Made by a program: the position numbers and the translations under genes. This document shows positions 1 to 9,780 of a stretch of 64,000 nucleotides of DNA, in pieces. Within the stretch, counting starts at the first letter, position 1. Each line of letters opens with the position of its first letter. The stretch lies in assembly GCA_046346715.1 (NCBI GenBank), contig JAXMHO010000007.1, forward strand, positions 35,517 through 99,516, written 5' to 3'. The notes under the pieces are model-generated. The model worked only from the letters and a program-made list of their open reading frames with translations, had not been told where the DNA came from and searched no databases. Source of the DNA: Verrucomicrobiota bacterium (lineage in GTDB: Bacteria; Verrucomicrobiota; Verrucomicrobiia; Limisphaerales; CAIQOK01).

Positions 1-312
1 CTCGGCGCGGACGGCATCGTCCCGAGCGTCGGCAACCTGGTTCCCAAAGCGTGCGAAAATCTCTGCACCTTCGCACAGCGCAAAGACTGGACCGGCGTCG
101 ATCGCGAATTCTCCCGCATGAGCACCGTGGCCGCGCTTTATCAGAAAGGCCGCACGCTGAACGAATCGCTGTCGGTCCTCAAGGCGGCCGTCCACTGCCG
201 CGGCCTCTGCGGTCCGCATGTGTTGCCGCCGCTGCTGCCCCTGCCCGCCGGGGAAATCGCCGCGCTGCGGAGGGAGATGTCCCGCCTGCAACTGCTCGAC
301 GGCACCCGATGA
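1..312 (+). CDS. DapA/N-acetylneuraminate-lyase family aldolase, C-terminal fragment (5' end outside window)
   Basis: Frame 1 is open from base 1 (LGADGIVPSVGNLVPKACE...KGRTLNESLSVLKAAV...). It resembles the C-terminal third of class I DapA-family aldolases. TGA 310-312 overlaps ATG 309 of the next gene (ATGA). Confidence 0.55.
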   Translation, partial: LGADGIVPSVGNLVPKACENLCTFAQRKDWTGVDREFSRMSTVAALYQKGRTLNESLSVLKAAVHCRGLCGPHVLPPLLPLPAGEIAALRREMSRLQLLDGTR

Positions 313-1355
313 ACACCAAGCCCGTTCTCGGACTGACCATGGGCGACCCGGCCGGCATCGGCCCGGAAATCTGCCTGCGCGCCCTTGGCGAACCTTCCGT
401 GCTCGCAGAATGCACTCCGGTGCTGTTTGGCGACGTTGGCGTCCTCAAACGCGTGGAGGCGGAGATCACCAAGCGCCAGGGAAAATCCCAGACCAGCCTG
501 GCCGCGTTTCGTTCGGTGGGCCTCGATGAATTCAACCAACTGCCCGCCGTCACCGGGCCCTTGATTGTGGACTGCGCCACCATTGACGCGGACAGCATCA
601 AGCCCGGCGCAGTCTCCGCCGCCTGCGGACGCTCCGGTTATCTTTACATCGAGAACGCCATCCGCGCGGCGATGGCCCGTAAAATCGACGGCACCGTCAC
701 GGCACCGATTCACAAGGAGGCCCTGCGGCTGTCCGGCGTGAATCATCCGGGACACACCGAGATCTTCACCGCGCTCACCGGCGCGCGCCGCAGCTGCATG
801 ATGCTTTACTCGGACGTGCTCACGGTGACGATGGTCACGACGCACATCGGCTATTACGAGGTTCCCGGCAAGCTTTCGGTCGAACGCATATTGAACGTCA
901 TCGAACTCACCGCCGAGGCCATGTCCTGGATGCTGCGCCGCGCGCCGCGCATCGGTGTCTGCGGCCTGAACCCCCACGCCGGCGAACACGGGTTGTTCGG
1001 CCAGCGCGAGGAGGAAAGCTTCGTCGCGCCCGCCGTGGCGCAGGCTCGGGCGCGCGGCATCGACGCCCAGGGACCGCTGGTGCCCGATGCGGCGTTCACC
1101 ACCGGCCAGCGGAAGAAGTTTGACGCCATCGTCACGCTTTACCACGACCAGGGCCACATTCCCTTCAAGATGCTGGCGTTTGACACCGGCGTGAACATCT
1201 CCCTCGGCCTGCCCATCATCCGCACCTCCGTGGACCATGGCACGGCGTTTGACATTGCGTGGCAGGGCGTGGCCGACCCGCGCAGCCTGTATTCAGCAAT
1301 TCAAGTCGCCACCCGGATGTCAGCCGGGCGGAACATCGGACCGGTGGTGGTATGA
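309..1355 (+). CDS. PdxA-family NAD-dependent dehydrogenase (PdxA2/ApnO-like acid-sugar enzyme by context)
   Basis: The N-terminus MNTKPVLGLTMGDPAGIGPEI and the motifs NHPGHTE, NPHAGEHG and DHGTAFDIA are typical of the PdxA family. ORF-track ORF 51..1355 was trimmed to ATG 309 because the upstream part overlaps the DapA-like frame. There are ATGA overlaps on both sides. Confidence 0.85.
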   Translation: MNTKPVLGLTMGDPAGIGPEICLRALGEPSVLAECTPVLFGDVGVLKRVEAEITKRQGKSQTSLAAFRSVGLDEFNQLPAVTGPLIVDCATIDADSIKPGAVSAACGRSGYLYIENAIRAAMARKIDGTVTAPIHKEALRLSGVNHPGHTEIFTALTGARRSCMMLYSDVLTVTMVTTHIGYYEVPGKLSVERILNVIELTAEAMSWMLRRAPRIGVCGLNPHAGEHGLFGQREEESFVAPAVAQARARGIDAQGPLVPDAAFTTGQRKKFDAIVTLYHDQGHIPFKMLAFDTGVNISLGLPIIRTSVDHGTAFDIAWQGVADPRSLYSAIQVATRMSAGRNIGPVVV

Positions 1356-2539
1356 TTGGCGTCATTGCGGATGACATCAGCGGCGCGGCGGAAATCGCCG
1401 GGGTCGGCTTGCGTCATGGCTTGCGCGCCGAGGTGCTGCTGAAAGGCCGCCCCGGCAAAGGCGCCGACCTCGTCTGCATCGACACCGACTCCCGGTTCTG
1501 CTCCCCCCGCGAAGCCGCCCGCCGCACTGCCGCCGCCGCAAAAGTGCTGCACCGCGCCGGGGCAAAATGGATTTACAAGAAGACGGACTCGGTGCTGCGC
1601 GGCGAAGTCGCCGCAGAAGTTCTCGCCGTGGCAAAGGAGCTTCGCCTGTCCGCCATCCTGCTGCATCCCGCCAATCCCGGCTTCGGCCGCATTATCCGCG
1701 GCGGCAACTATTTCGTGGGCGGAAAACTTCTCCACAAGACCGAGTTCCTGCGCGACCCGGCCCATCCGCGCACCACGGCGGATGTCTGCAAGCTGCTCGA
1801 CGCCGCCGAGTCGGCATCCGTGCGCCTCGGCAAATTGAGCAAGCCCGTGGCGGCGGAAGGCATTATTATCTGCGAATCCACCTCGGCCCGGGAAGTTCGG
1901 GCCTGGGCGCGCCGCGCAACGCCCGACCTGCTGGTCGCGGGCGGCTCCGAGTTTTTCTCCGCGCTGCTGGACGTACGCCTGCCTGCCGGAAGGCGACGCA
2001 CCGGCAAAACTCCGGCGCGCGGCAAATCGCCTTCCAGGAAAGCCCCCGGCCGCGAGTTGTTCGTCTGCGGCACCACCAGCAAATCCGCGCAGGATTTCGT
2101 CCGCGGTGCGCGCCTGGCCGGAACGCCGATCTTCTCGCTGCCCGGCGAACTCGCCTGGGGCGCGGACTTCACCCGCCCGGCCATCGACATCATCAAGGGA
2201 AAGGTGCTCGCCGCGTTTGCGCATCATCCCCGTGTCATTCTCCAAACCGGCCTGCCGCCCGTGCAGGAAATTCCCGTCGCCCAGCGATTGGCCGGTTACC
2301 TCACGCAGCTCGCGGGCGTCATTCTCAAGGACTCCGCAGTCCAGCGCGTTTACGCCGAAGGCGGCGCGACCGCCGTCGAACTGGCCCGGCGCATGGGCTG
2401 GACCCGTCTGACGGTCGTCCGTGAAATCGCCCCCGGCGTCGCCACCCTCGGCGTGCCCGGAAGGTCGTCATTGCATTTGACGATCAAGCCCGGCACTTAT
2501 GTCTGGCCGAAGGAAATTCAAACGCCGTCGGACCGCTGA
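1352..2539 (+). CDS. Four-carbon acid-sugar kinase family protein (DUF1537), copy 1
   Basis: It has the N-terminus MIGVIADDISGAAEIAG and a C-terminal VYAEGGATAVELARRMG nucleotide-binding-domain style, as in DUF1537 kinases. ATG 1352 overlaps the PdxA-family stop (ATGA). Confidence 0.8.
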   Translation: MIGVIADDISGAAEIAGVGLRHGLRAEVLLKGRPGKGADLVCIDTDSRFCSPREAARRTAAAAKVLHRAGAKWIYKKTDSVLRGEVAAEVLAVAKELRLSAILLHPANPGFGRIIRGGNYFVGGKLLHKTEFLRDPAHPRTTADVCKLLDAAESASVRLGKLSKPVAAEGIIICESTSAREVRAWARRATPDLLVAGGSEFFSALLDVRLPAGRRRTGKTPARGKSPSRKAPGRELFVCGTTSKSAQDFVRGARLAGTPIFSLPGELAWGADFTRPAIDIIKGKVLAAFAHHPRVILQTGLPPVQEIPVAQRLAGYLTQLAGVILKDSAVQRVYAEGGATAVELARRMGWTRLTVVREIAPGVATLGVPGRSSLHLTIKPGTYVWPKEIQTPSDR

Positions 2540-2546
2540 AAATATT

Positions 2547-5500
2547 ATGAAGAACTCCCTGCTGCGGGGCGCAACGCCCCGTCATTGGCCGTGTCTTGTC
2601 ATCCTCCTTGCGCTGCTGGCCCCGGCCGCCTTTGCCGCCACGGTCGAAGCTTTGCGCTGCGAAAACCTCGTCAATCCCGAGGGCCTCGACGCCCCCGCGC
2701 CGCGCCTGAGCTGGCAGCTCGCGTCGAAGCGGCCGGACGAAATTCAAACCGCCTGGCAGGTTCTGGTCGCCACCAGCCCCGCGCTGCTCAGGGAAGGCCG
2801 CGCCGACCTGTGGGACAGCGGCAAGGTCGCGTCGCCGCAATCCATTCTCGTCCCCTATGCCGGCCGCGCCCTGCCGCCCCGCGCCGACTGCTTCTGGAAG
2901 GTGCGCGTCTGGGATGCCCGCGGAAAAGCCTCGTCATGGAGCGAGCCGGCGCGCTGGTCCACCGGCATTTTCTCCCCCGAAGACTGGCACGCGCAATGGA
3001 TCGGTCAGGATGGCGTCGAGCAGACCAACATCCTCCTCGGCACCTCGTGGATCTGGTATCCGGGTGGTCATCCGGAAATCTCCGCGCCGCTCGAGACGAA
3101 TTATTTCCGCCGCGTCATCACCTTGCCCGCCAACCGGAAAATCCGCCGCGCCACCTTTGAATACACCGGCGACAACGAATGCCGCGGCTGGCTCAATGAC
3201 TTCGACCTCGGCGCGCGCAACAATTACAAGTCGGTCAAATGGAATGACATCACCACGCGCCTGGAACCGGGCAAGACCTACCTGTTCGCCTTCACCGGCC
3301 GCAACACCGGCAACGAACCGAACCCCGCCGGGCTGGTCGGCAAACTGACCGTGGAGTTCACCACCGGCGAACCGATGATCGTCGCCACCGACGATCAATG
3401 GCGCGTGTCCAAGACGCTCGAACCAGGCTGGAACACCCTCAACTTCGATGACTCCAAATGGCGGTTCGCCCAAGTGCTTGGGCCGGCGGGCATGCAGCCT
3501 TGGCCGGACACGCGCGTGCCCGAAGACCGCCGCCAGCCCGCCCGCTGGCTGCGCAAGGAATTTTCCGTTGATAAAAAAATCCGCCGCGCCACGGTCAGCT
3601 GCTCCGGCCTCGGACTCTCCGAGCTTTATCTGAACGGCGACAAGGTCGGTGATGCCGTGCTCTCCCCCGCCCTCTCGCAATACGACAAGCACGTTCTCTA
3701 CGTCACCCACGACGTGACCAGGCAGGTTCGCAACGGCGTGAACGCTATCGGCGCCGTGCTCGGCGGCGGACGATTCTACGCCGATCGCAGCAAGGTGTAT
3801 TCGGGAACGGTGACGTTCGGTTGGCCGAAGCTGTTGTTGAATCTCCGGATTGAATTCACCGATGGAACCACGCAGGAAATTGTCAGCGACGCGTCCTGGA
3901 AGATCACGCTCGACGGACCGATCCGTTCCAACAGCGAATACGACGGCGAATTTTACGATGCCCGGATGGAACTCGACGGCTGGAACCGCCCGGGCTTCGA
4001 TGCGTCGCGCTGGCAGGCCGCCGACGTGGTCGCAAAACCCGCCGGCCAGCTCGTCGCCGTGGCGGCCGAACCGATGCGCGTGACGGGGACGCTCAAGCCC
4101 CGCTCGGTCAAGGAAGTGTCCCCCGGCGTGTTCATTTTCGACATGGGGCAGAACATGGTCGGCTGGTGCCGGCTCCACGTCAGCGGCCCGCGCGGCACCG
4201 CCGTGCAACTCCGTCATGCCGAAACCCTCAAGCCGGACGGCAATCTTTACATGGCGAACCTCCGCGGCGCGCAGGTCACGGACACCTACACGCTGCGCGG
4301 CACGGGCGCCGAGGAAGTTTACGAACCCCGCTTCACCTATCACGGTTTCCGCTTCGTGGAGGTCACCGGCTTTCCCGGCAAGCCCACGCTCGCCTCCCTG
4401 GAAGGCCGCGTTGTGAACGACGACCTGCCCGTCGCCGGCGAGTTCGTCACCTCGAACGAATTGATCAACCAGATTTACACCAACATCGTCTGGGGCACGC
4501 GCGGCAACTACCGCAGCATCCCGACCGACTGCCCGCAGCGCGACGAACGCCAGGGCTGGCTCGGTGACCGCTCCGAAGAATGCCGCGGCGAAAGCTACCT
4601 GTTCGACATGTCGAAGCTGTATGCCAAATGGCTCCGCGACATCAGCGACGCCCAACGCCCCTCCGGCAGCGTCCCCGACGTCGCGCCGACCTCCTGGTCC
4701 ATCTACTCCGACAACGTCGTCTGGCCCAGCACGCTGGTCATTGCGCCTGGGGTGCTGCGCTGCCAGTTCGGCGACACCGCGAGCATCGCCGCGCGCTACG
4801 ACAGCTGCCGCAAGTGGCTTGATTACATGGCGGGCTTTTTCAAGGACGGCATCATCACCAAGGACAGCTACGGCGACTGGTGCGTGCCGCCGGAAGATCC
4901 CAAGCTGATTCATTCCAAGGATCCCGCGCGCCAGACCGACAAGGGCCTGCTCGCCACCTCCTACTTTTTCCACGACCTCAAACTCATGGAGCAATACGCC
5001 ACGCTCCTCGGCAAAACGAGTGATGCGGCACATTTCGCCACCTGGGCCGAAGAGGTCAAGACCGCCTTCAACCAGAAATACCTGAACCGCGAAAAGGGCC
5101 AGTATGACAACGGCTCCCAGACCTCCTGCGTGCTGCCGCTCGCGTTTGGATTGGTGCCCGAGGACATGACCGGCCGCATCTTCGCGCATCTGGTGGACAA
5201 GATTGAAAACGAAACCCGCGGCCACATCGGCACCGGCCTCGTCGGCGGTCAATACCTCATGCGCGTCCTCAGCCAGCATGGGCGGCCCGACCTCGCCTAC
5301 ACCATCGCCACCCAGAAGGATTATCCCGGCTGGGGCTACATGATCGCCAACGACGCCACCACCATCTGGGAACTCTGGAACGGCAACACCGCCGACCCCA
5401 CCATGAACTCCGGCAACCACGTCATGCTCGTCGGCGACCTCGTCGTCTGGTTTTACGAAAACCTGGCGGGCATCAAGCCGGACCCGGCGCAGCCCGGCTT

Positions 5501-5768
5501 CAAGCACGTCATCCTGCAACCCACGCCCGTGGGCGATTTGAAGTTTGTGAAAGCGACGCATCGTTCGCCCTACGGTTTGATCGCCAGCGAATGGCGCAAG
5601 GACGGTGGCAAGTTTGACTGGCAGATTGAAATTCCAGCCAACACCACCGCCACCGTGGTGTTCCCGCTCCAGCCCGGACAATGCGTCAAGCAGGACGGCA
5701 AGAAATTGCCCGCCTCCTGCCGCACACTGTCCCTTGGCAGCGGCAAATACCGCTTCGTCTGCGAATAG
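2547..5768 (+). CDS. Alpha-L-rhamnosidase, glycoside hydrolase family 78 (secreted)
   Basis: A signal peptide (LVILLALLAPAAFA) is followed by VEALRCENLVNPEGLDAPAPRLSWQL, a typical GH78 N-terminus. The protein is 1073 aa. The start was trimmed to ATG 2547. Confidence 0.85.
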   Translation: MKNSLLRGATPRHWPCLVILLALLAPAAFAATVEALRCENLVNPEGLDAPAPRLSWQLASKRPDEIQTAWQVLVATSPALLREGRADLWDSGKVASPQSILVPYAGRALPPRADCFWKVRVWDARGKASSWSEPARWSTGIFSPEDWHAQWIGQDGVEQTNILLGTSWIWYPGGHPEISAPLETNYFRRVITLPANRKIRRATFEYTGDNECRGWLNDFDLGARNNYKSVKWNDITTRLEPGKTYLFAFTGRNTGNEPNPAGLVGKLTVEFTTGEPMIVATDDQWRVSKTLEPGWNTLNFDDSKWRFAQVLGPAGMQPWPDTRVPEDRRQPARWLRKEFSVDKKIRRATVSCSGLGLSELYLNGDKVGDAVLSPALSQYDKHVLYVTHDVTRQVRNGVNAIGAVLGGGRFYADRSKVYSGTVTFGWPKLLLNLRIEFTDGTTQEIVSDASWKITLDGPIRSNSEYDGEFYDARMELDGWNRPGFDASRWQAADVVAKPAGQLVAVAAEPMRVTGTLKPRSVKEVSPGVFIFDMGQNMVGWCRLHVSGPRGTAVQLRHAETLKPDGNLYMANLRGAQVTDTYTLRGTGAEEVYEPRFTYHGFRFVEVTGFPGKPTLASLEGRVVNDDLPVAGEFVTSNELINQIYTNIVWGTRGNYRSIPTDCPQRDERQGWLGDRSEECRGESYLFDMSKLYAKWLRDISDAQRPSGSVPDVAPTSWSIYSDNVVWPSTLVIAPGVLRCQFGDTASIAARYDSCRKWLDYMAGFFKDGIITKDSYGDWCVPPEDPKLIHSKDPARQTDKGLLATSYFFHDLKLMEQYATLLGKTSDAAHFATWAEEVKTAFNQKYLNREKGQYDNGSQTSCVLPLAFGLVPEDMTGRIFAHLVDKIENETRGHIGTGLVGGQYLMRVLSQHGRPDLAYTIATQKDYPGWGYMIANDATTIWELWNGNTADPTMNSGNHVMLVGDLVVWFYENLAGIKPDPAQPGFKHVILQPTPVGDLKFVKATHRSPYGLIASEWRKDGGKFDWQIEIPANTTATVVFPLQPGQCVKQDGKKLPASCRTLSLGSGKYRFVCE

Positions 5769-5780
5769 CCGGGGTGTGCC

Positions 5781-5808
5781 CCCGCACTCCGCCGGCGCGG
5801 AGTGCGGG
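5781..5808 (+). terminator. GC-rich hairpin downstream of GH78 gene (possible terminator, no U-tract)
   Basis: There is a perfect 12-bp stem, cccgcactccgc (5781-5792) / gcggagtgcggg (5797-5808), with loop cggc. It lies 13 nt after stop codon 5766-5768. No T-run follows. Confidence 0.3.
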
Positions 5809-5963
5809 AGCGGGATGAGCAGCGGGACTCCCGCCGGATTATAAAGGTGGACATTTGCCGTTCCGGCCCCATGTTGTGGCATCGTTTCAAAACCTTCTCC
5901 CCATCGCCTCTCCGGGGAGACATGCCCGTTGCCAGATTCATCCAGCCACAACCCACTGCCACT

Positions 5964-6203
5964 ATGACCATACTCATCGAAAAACAAGAACCGCTCGAAT
6001 ACCTCAACCGCACGGGCGCCTGGAGTAAAAACCCGACGGAGGGACGCCCGTTTCCCAACATGGCTGCGGCTTATGGGATTGCCAAACAGGAGGCCATCGG
6101 CCGGTTCAACATCGTCTGCTACATCCTGGAAACGAACCAGTTTGTAAACCTCAACGTCGGCCGCGGCAAAGGAGCGCCGACGGAGCCGGCCCGAGCCGTG
6201 TAA
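5964..6203 (+). CDS. Small hypothetical protein (79 aa)
   Basis: This is the ATG-initiated part of ORF 5802..6203 (MTILIEKQEPLEYLNRTGAW...). No family was recognised. It is the only plausible ORF in a roughly 600-nt gap between convergent genes. Confidence 0.3.
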   Translation: MTILIEKQEPLEYLNRTGAWSKNPTEGRPFPNMAAAYGIAKQEAIGRFNIVCYILETNQFVNLNVGRGKGAPTEPARAV

Positions 6204-6331
6204 GGCCGAAGCTCTGTTCCTGAAGCGCTGCCGCCGCCGGAGGCCTGCCGAAGTGTCGGTTGGATGCCGGCGCGGTGCGCGCCGGCGGCATTGAGCGGCA
6301 GGGCAAACCTTGCAAGTGGGCGCCTGAATTT

Positions 6332-6369
6332 AAAAACGAAAAAGGCCGGCTGGAAAAATCCAGCCGGCC
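6332..6369 (-). terminator. Rho-independent terminator of the 6388..9780 gene
   Basis: The stem is ggccggctgga (6344-6354) / tccagccggcc (6359-6369) with loop aaaa. On the minus strand the hairpin is followed by tttttcgttttt. It lies 19 nt downstream of the stop codon. Confidence 0.65.
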
Positions 6370-6387
6370 TTGTGCTTTGAGAGAGGT

Positions 6388-9300
6388 TTACGGCGTCACG
6401 AGGCGGAAGAACACGCTCGGGTTGGCCGGGTCAATCGTGATGTTCACCGGGCTGGAGCCGCCGCCGGGATAATCCGACCAGTTGCCGGAGAGGCCGGTGG
6501 TCAGGCTGTTGGTCTGCGATTGCAGCTTGAACGAGCCGGTCCAGGAGAGCGTCAGGGTGCTGCCGGACTGCGAGTAGCCGAGGGTCGGCTGCGCGACGGC
6601 GGCCGTGACGACAGAGAGCACGCCATTGGTGAAGGACCAGTTCAGGCCCGCGCCGGGCGTGGCCGGACTGAAGGCGCTGAACGCGCCGGTGTGCGTGGTG
6701 GCGCTGAACAGCGTGAAGCTCTCGCCGCCGGTAAGCGTGCCGGCGAGGTTGTTGATGGTCAGCGTGCCGCCGTAGGTAGCGGTGCCGATGCCGGTGACGA
6801 GGTCCTGGGTGCCGGCGGTCTTGTTGATGTCCACCGAGGTGTTGCCCTTCAGGGTAAGGTCGCCGTTCACCGTGAGCGTGCCGATGCCGGCGGTGCCCGG
6901 AGCCAGATTGCCCGCCGTTTCCACGGTCAACGCGCTGGCGAACGTGCCGATGCCGGCGAGGGTTCCGTTGCTGACGGTGGTGCCGCCCGCAAAGGTGTTG
7001 AGGCCGTTGACGAGCAGGACGCCCGCGCCGGTCTTGACCAGGCCGCCGTTGCTGAGCACGCCGCCGAGGGTGGTGTTCGCGCTGTTGTTGCAGGCGATGA
7101 CGCGGGTGCCCGCGCCGAGGTCCATGGCACCGTTCAAGGTCAGCGCATCGGAACCTTCGATGGTGAGGTCCTGGTTGGCGCCGGCCGGCCAGGTGATGGC
7201 GTTGCCGACAGAGCGCGCGCCGCCGGAGGCGAACAGGCGATGGAGCGTGTTCGGGTTGTTTTCCAAGGTCAGCGCGCCAGTGCCGATCGGACCGGAGGTC
7301 ACGACGGGGCTGCCGGTCGAATCGATGCCGAAACCAATGGCGCCATCCGCGATGACGGTGCCGCCGGTGTAGGTGTTGTCGCCGTTCAGGATGGTGCGGC
7401 CGGCCACGCCAGCCAGGGGCGAGCGACGACCCACGGTGCCCGCACCGGAGATGACGCCGTTGTAGATCTGATCGCCATCATTGTTGTAAGTGGCGAAGGT
7501 GAACGTGCCGTTCAACACCAGGTTGGGGTTGAAGGTGAAGCTGTTGGTCAGACCGTTGTTTAGGCGGACGCGGGTGGCGGTGGTGGCCGCGCCGGTCGGC
7601 GTGACGGTGAGGGTCTTGCCGGAGCTGCCGGTCAGGTTGCCGTTCAGGACCACGGCGTTGTTGGCCGTGGAGGCGAAGCTGAGGGTGCTGTCAGAAACGA
7701 CGCTTACGTCATTGGTAAGGGTGGTGGTGGCGGGAATCGCCAGCGTGCCGCCGGCGAGGGTGGCGCCGCCGGTGCCGAGCGCGCCCGCGTTTTGAATCAC
7801 GAGCGTGCCGTTGCTGATGACGGTGCCGCCGGCGTAGGTGTGCGCGACGGTGAGGGCGAGGAGGCCGGTGTTGATCTTGGTCAGCGCGCCGGGGCCGGTG
7901 ATGACGGGCGTGTTGGTGAAGTTGATGCCGGTGGGAATGTCGAACGTGCCGCCGGAAGCGCCCAGCGTGACACCGCGGTTCGCCGCGATGCTGCCACTGG
8001 CGGTGTATTGGATGGCGCCACCGTTCAAGGTGAGCTGATCCGCCGTGAAGGACGCGGGAGCCGCGCCCAGGTAGCTGGCCGTCGGGAGACTGATGGCGCC
8101 GCCATTGACGGTGGTCTTGCCCGTGAAGCTGTTGACCGTGCCCATGGTCAGGGTGCCGGAACCGCTCTTGGTGAGGGTGGCCACGCCGCCGAGGCTGCCG
8201 CCGGTGGTGCTGCCGATGGTGTAGTTCTGCGAGCCGGTGACCGTGATGGCGTTCGGGCTGATGACGCCGGTGAGGTCCACGGCGGGAGAAACGCTGCCGG
8301 TGTCATTGAAGGTGACATTGTCATTCGCCTGGAAAGTGGTGGCTTCGCCAGTCCAGTTGGCGGTGGCTGTGTCCCACTTGTTGAGCGTGTTGTCACCGAC
8401 CCAGGTGAGGTTGCGGGGAATCACCACGGTCAGGGCCACGCGCGAGGAGGTCACCGAAGGCGGGCAGGTGCCGCTGACAACGACATCATAGCCGTCAAGG
8501 GAGGTGGCATCATCGCTCAAGGCCACAGGGTTGATGGTGAGCGTGGCGGTGGTGGCGCCGGAGATGTTGCCGCCGTTGGAAATGTTGGTGCCGTCCCGAC
8601 GCCATTGATAGGTTAGGCCCGCGCCGCTGGCCACGACGGTGAAGCTGGTGCTGCCGCCGAGCGCGGGATTCTGCGCCGAAGGCTGGGTGCCGATGGAGGG
8701 CGAGGCATTGACGGTGATGACCGCGTTGCCGGTCATGCTGCCGATGCAGAGGGTCGCGGTGTTGCTGGCCAGAACGGTGTAAGTGCCCGCGACGTTTTGC
8801 AGGCCAAAGTCCAGGGCCGCGCCGGTGCCTGGGAGCGGCGAACCAACATCCGCGCCGCCGCGGCGCAAATAATAATCGAGGCCAATTTCAGAATTTGCCA
8901 AGCCAACGGAAAGGCCGGGGTCGCCCGAGCAGATTGCACCCCCGCCGGTGACGGCAAAGGAAGTTCCAGGCGAGCAACTTGACGGCGTGACGGCCGCCCA
9001 AGTGGACGCGATGCGGATTTCATCCACATAAAAACTGCCGGGCGGATTCGGAGTGGTCTGGTGAACAACCCAGAGGGAGCTGATCGTTGCCGCATCCGAC
9101 CCGGACGCGGTGTTGATAGTTGCCCCTGGAACACTGCCTTCAACCGCTCCCAAGGAACCCGGATCGACCCAAAGCGCAAAATCATCGTTCGCAGAGCCGC
9201 TCACGAATGAGTAGCGGACAACCACGAGATGTGTTCCGGCAGACAAGGCAGTCCCCATCGTTGCCCCTGCAGCCGTGGTGGAATTCTTGCCGATGGCTAG

Positions 9301-9780
9301 TTTGCCATCAGTAGTCAGGAAGATGGTCATTGGAGTGGAAGGCCCTGAACCGGTGGTCGCCGGGGATAGAGAAAAAATTTGTTTCAAACCGGAGGGATTC
9401 GCCTGAACGTTCAGTAGAAACGACATGTAAACGGTGGGGTTGCCGGCCGATAGAGTTTGCGTGGTGAACACCGCCGCCCGATTGCGACCCGAACTTGGTG
9501 TTGTTGGCGAATACCACAAAATATTGCCAGTCGGCGCGGGCATGCCGGGAAAGCTGAGCGTGGGCGTGTTAGTCGTGACAGCGCTGCCGGTGCCTGCTGA
9601 GTTGCCGATTGTCCAGTTAGTGATGCTGTTTCCCGCGGTGCCGATGCGTTCACCGCTTGAATAGGCGAATCCTTCGTAAACGGGAAACGAAAATTGCGCT
9701 TGGGCCCAGGGAACGGTGAGTCCGAGGAGCAGACAGAACGCAAACAGGTGTTTGATTCGATGAGGGATGAGTTGCTTCAT
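6388..9780 (-). CDS. Giant secreted autotransporter-associated beta-strand repeat (PATR) protein with Ig-like domain
   Basis: It has a signal peptide (MKQLIPHRIKHLFAFCLLLGLTVPWAQA). Reiterated G-rich modules such as GSGTLTxxxxNTYTGGTxxxxGTL are present, along with an Ig-like segment (TYQWRRDGTNISNGGNISGATTATLTINP). The C-terminus is ...LSWTGSFKLQSQTN...SVFFRLVTP. The protein is 1130 aa. Confidence 0.8.
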   Translation of the reverse strand: MKQLIPHRIKHLFAFCLLLGLTVPWAQAQFSFPVYEGFAYSSGERIGTAGNSITNWTIGNSAGTGSAVTTNTPTLSFPGMPAPTGNILWYSPTTPSSGRNRAAVFTTQTLSAGNPTVYMSFLLNVQANPSGLKQIFSLSPATTGSGPSTPMTIFLTTDGKLAIGKNSTTAAGATMGTALSAGTHLVVVRYSFVSGSANDDFALWVDPGSLGAVEGSVPGATINTASGSDAATISSLWVVHQTTPNPPGSFYVDEIRIASTWAAVTPSSCSPGTSFAVTGGGAICSGDPGLSVGLANSEIGLDYYLRRGGADVGSPLPGTGAALDFGLQNVAGTYTVLASNTATLCIGSMTGNAVITVNASPSIGTQPSAQNPALGGSTSFTVVASGAGLTYQWRRDGTNISNGGNISGATTATLTINPVALSDDATSLDGYDVVVSGTCPPSVTSSRVALTVVIPRNLTWVGDNTLNKWDTATANWTGEATTFQANDNVTFNDTGSVSPAVDLTGVISPNAITVTGSQNYTIGSTTGGSLGGVATLTKSGSGTLTMGTVNSFTGKTTVNGGAISLPTASYLGAAPASFTADQLTLNGGAIQYTASGSIAANRGVTLGASGGTFDIPTGINFTNTPVITGPGALTKINTGLLALTVAHTYAGGTVISNGTLVIQNAGALGTGGATLAGGTLAIPATTTLTNDVSVVSDSTLSFASTANNAVVLNGNLTGSSGKTLTVTPTGAATTATRVRLNNGLTNSFTFNPNLVLNGTFTFATYNNDGDQIYNGVISGAGTVGRRSPLAGVAGRTILNGDNTYTGGTVIADGAIGFGIDSTGSPVVTSGPIGTGALTLENNPNTLHRLFASGGARSVGNAITWPAGANQDLTIEGSDALTLNGAMDLGAGTRVIACNNSANTTLGGVLSNGGLVKTGAGVLLVNGLNTFAGGTTVSNGTLAGIGTFASALTVETAGNLAPGTAGIGTLTVNGDLTLKGNTSVDINKTAGTQDLVTGIGTATYGGTLTINNLAGTLTGGESFTLFSATTHTGAFSAFSPATPGAGLNWSFTNGVLSVVTAAVAQPTLGYSQSGSTLTLSWTGSFKLQSQTNSLTTGLSGNWSDYPGGGSSPVNITIDPANPSVFFRLVTP

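Noticed and set aside
51-308. N-terminal extension of the PdxA-family ORF (ORF-track start at 51).
   Set aside because: The extension is Arg/Pro/Ala-rich junk and overlaps the clearly coding DapA-like frame. The conserved PdxA N-terminus begins at ATG 309, which forms an ATGA overlap with the upstream stop.
2934-5987. 1017-aa ORF on the minus strand antisense to the GH78 gene. Similar long antisense ORFs include 141..1238, 6370..7563, 7792..8616, 10375..11709, 23975..25879, 54576..56000 and 60185..61639.
   Set aside because: Their composition is low-complexity and rich in Arg/Gly/Ala/His/Asp. They mirror a well-supported gene on the opposite strand and resemble no protein family. Stop-free antisense frames of this kind are typical of GC-rich DNA.
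5769-6387. An intergenic stretch of about 600 nt between convergent genes, examined for tRNA, ncRNA or mobile remnants.
   Set aside because: No cloverleaf-like structure, repeat-family copy or conserved motif was recognised. Only a weak 79-aa ORF and two hairpins were found, and these are reported separately.
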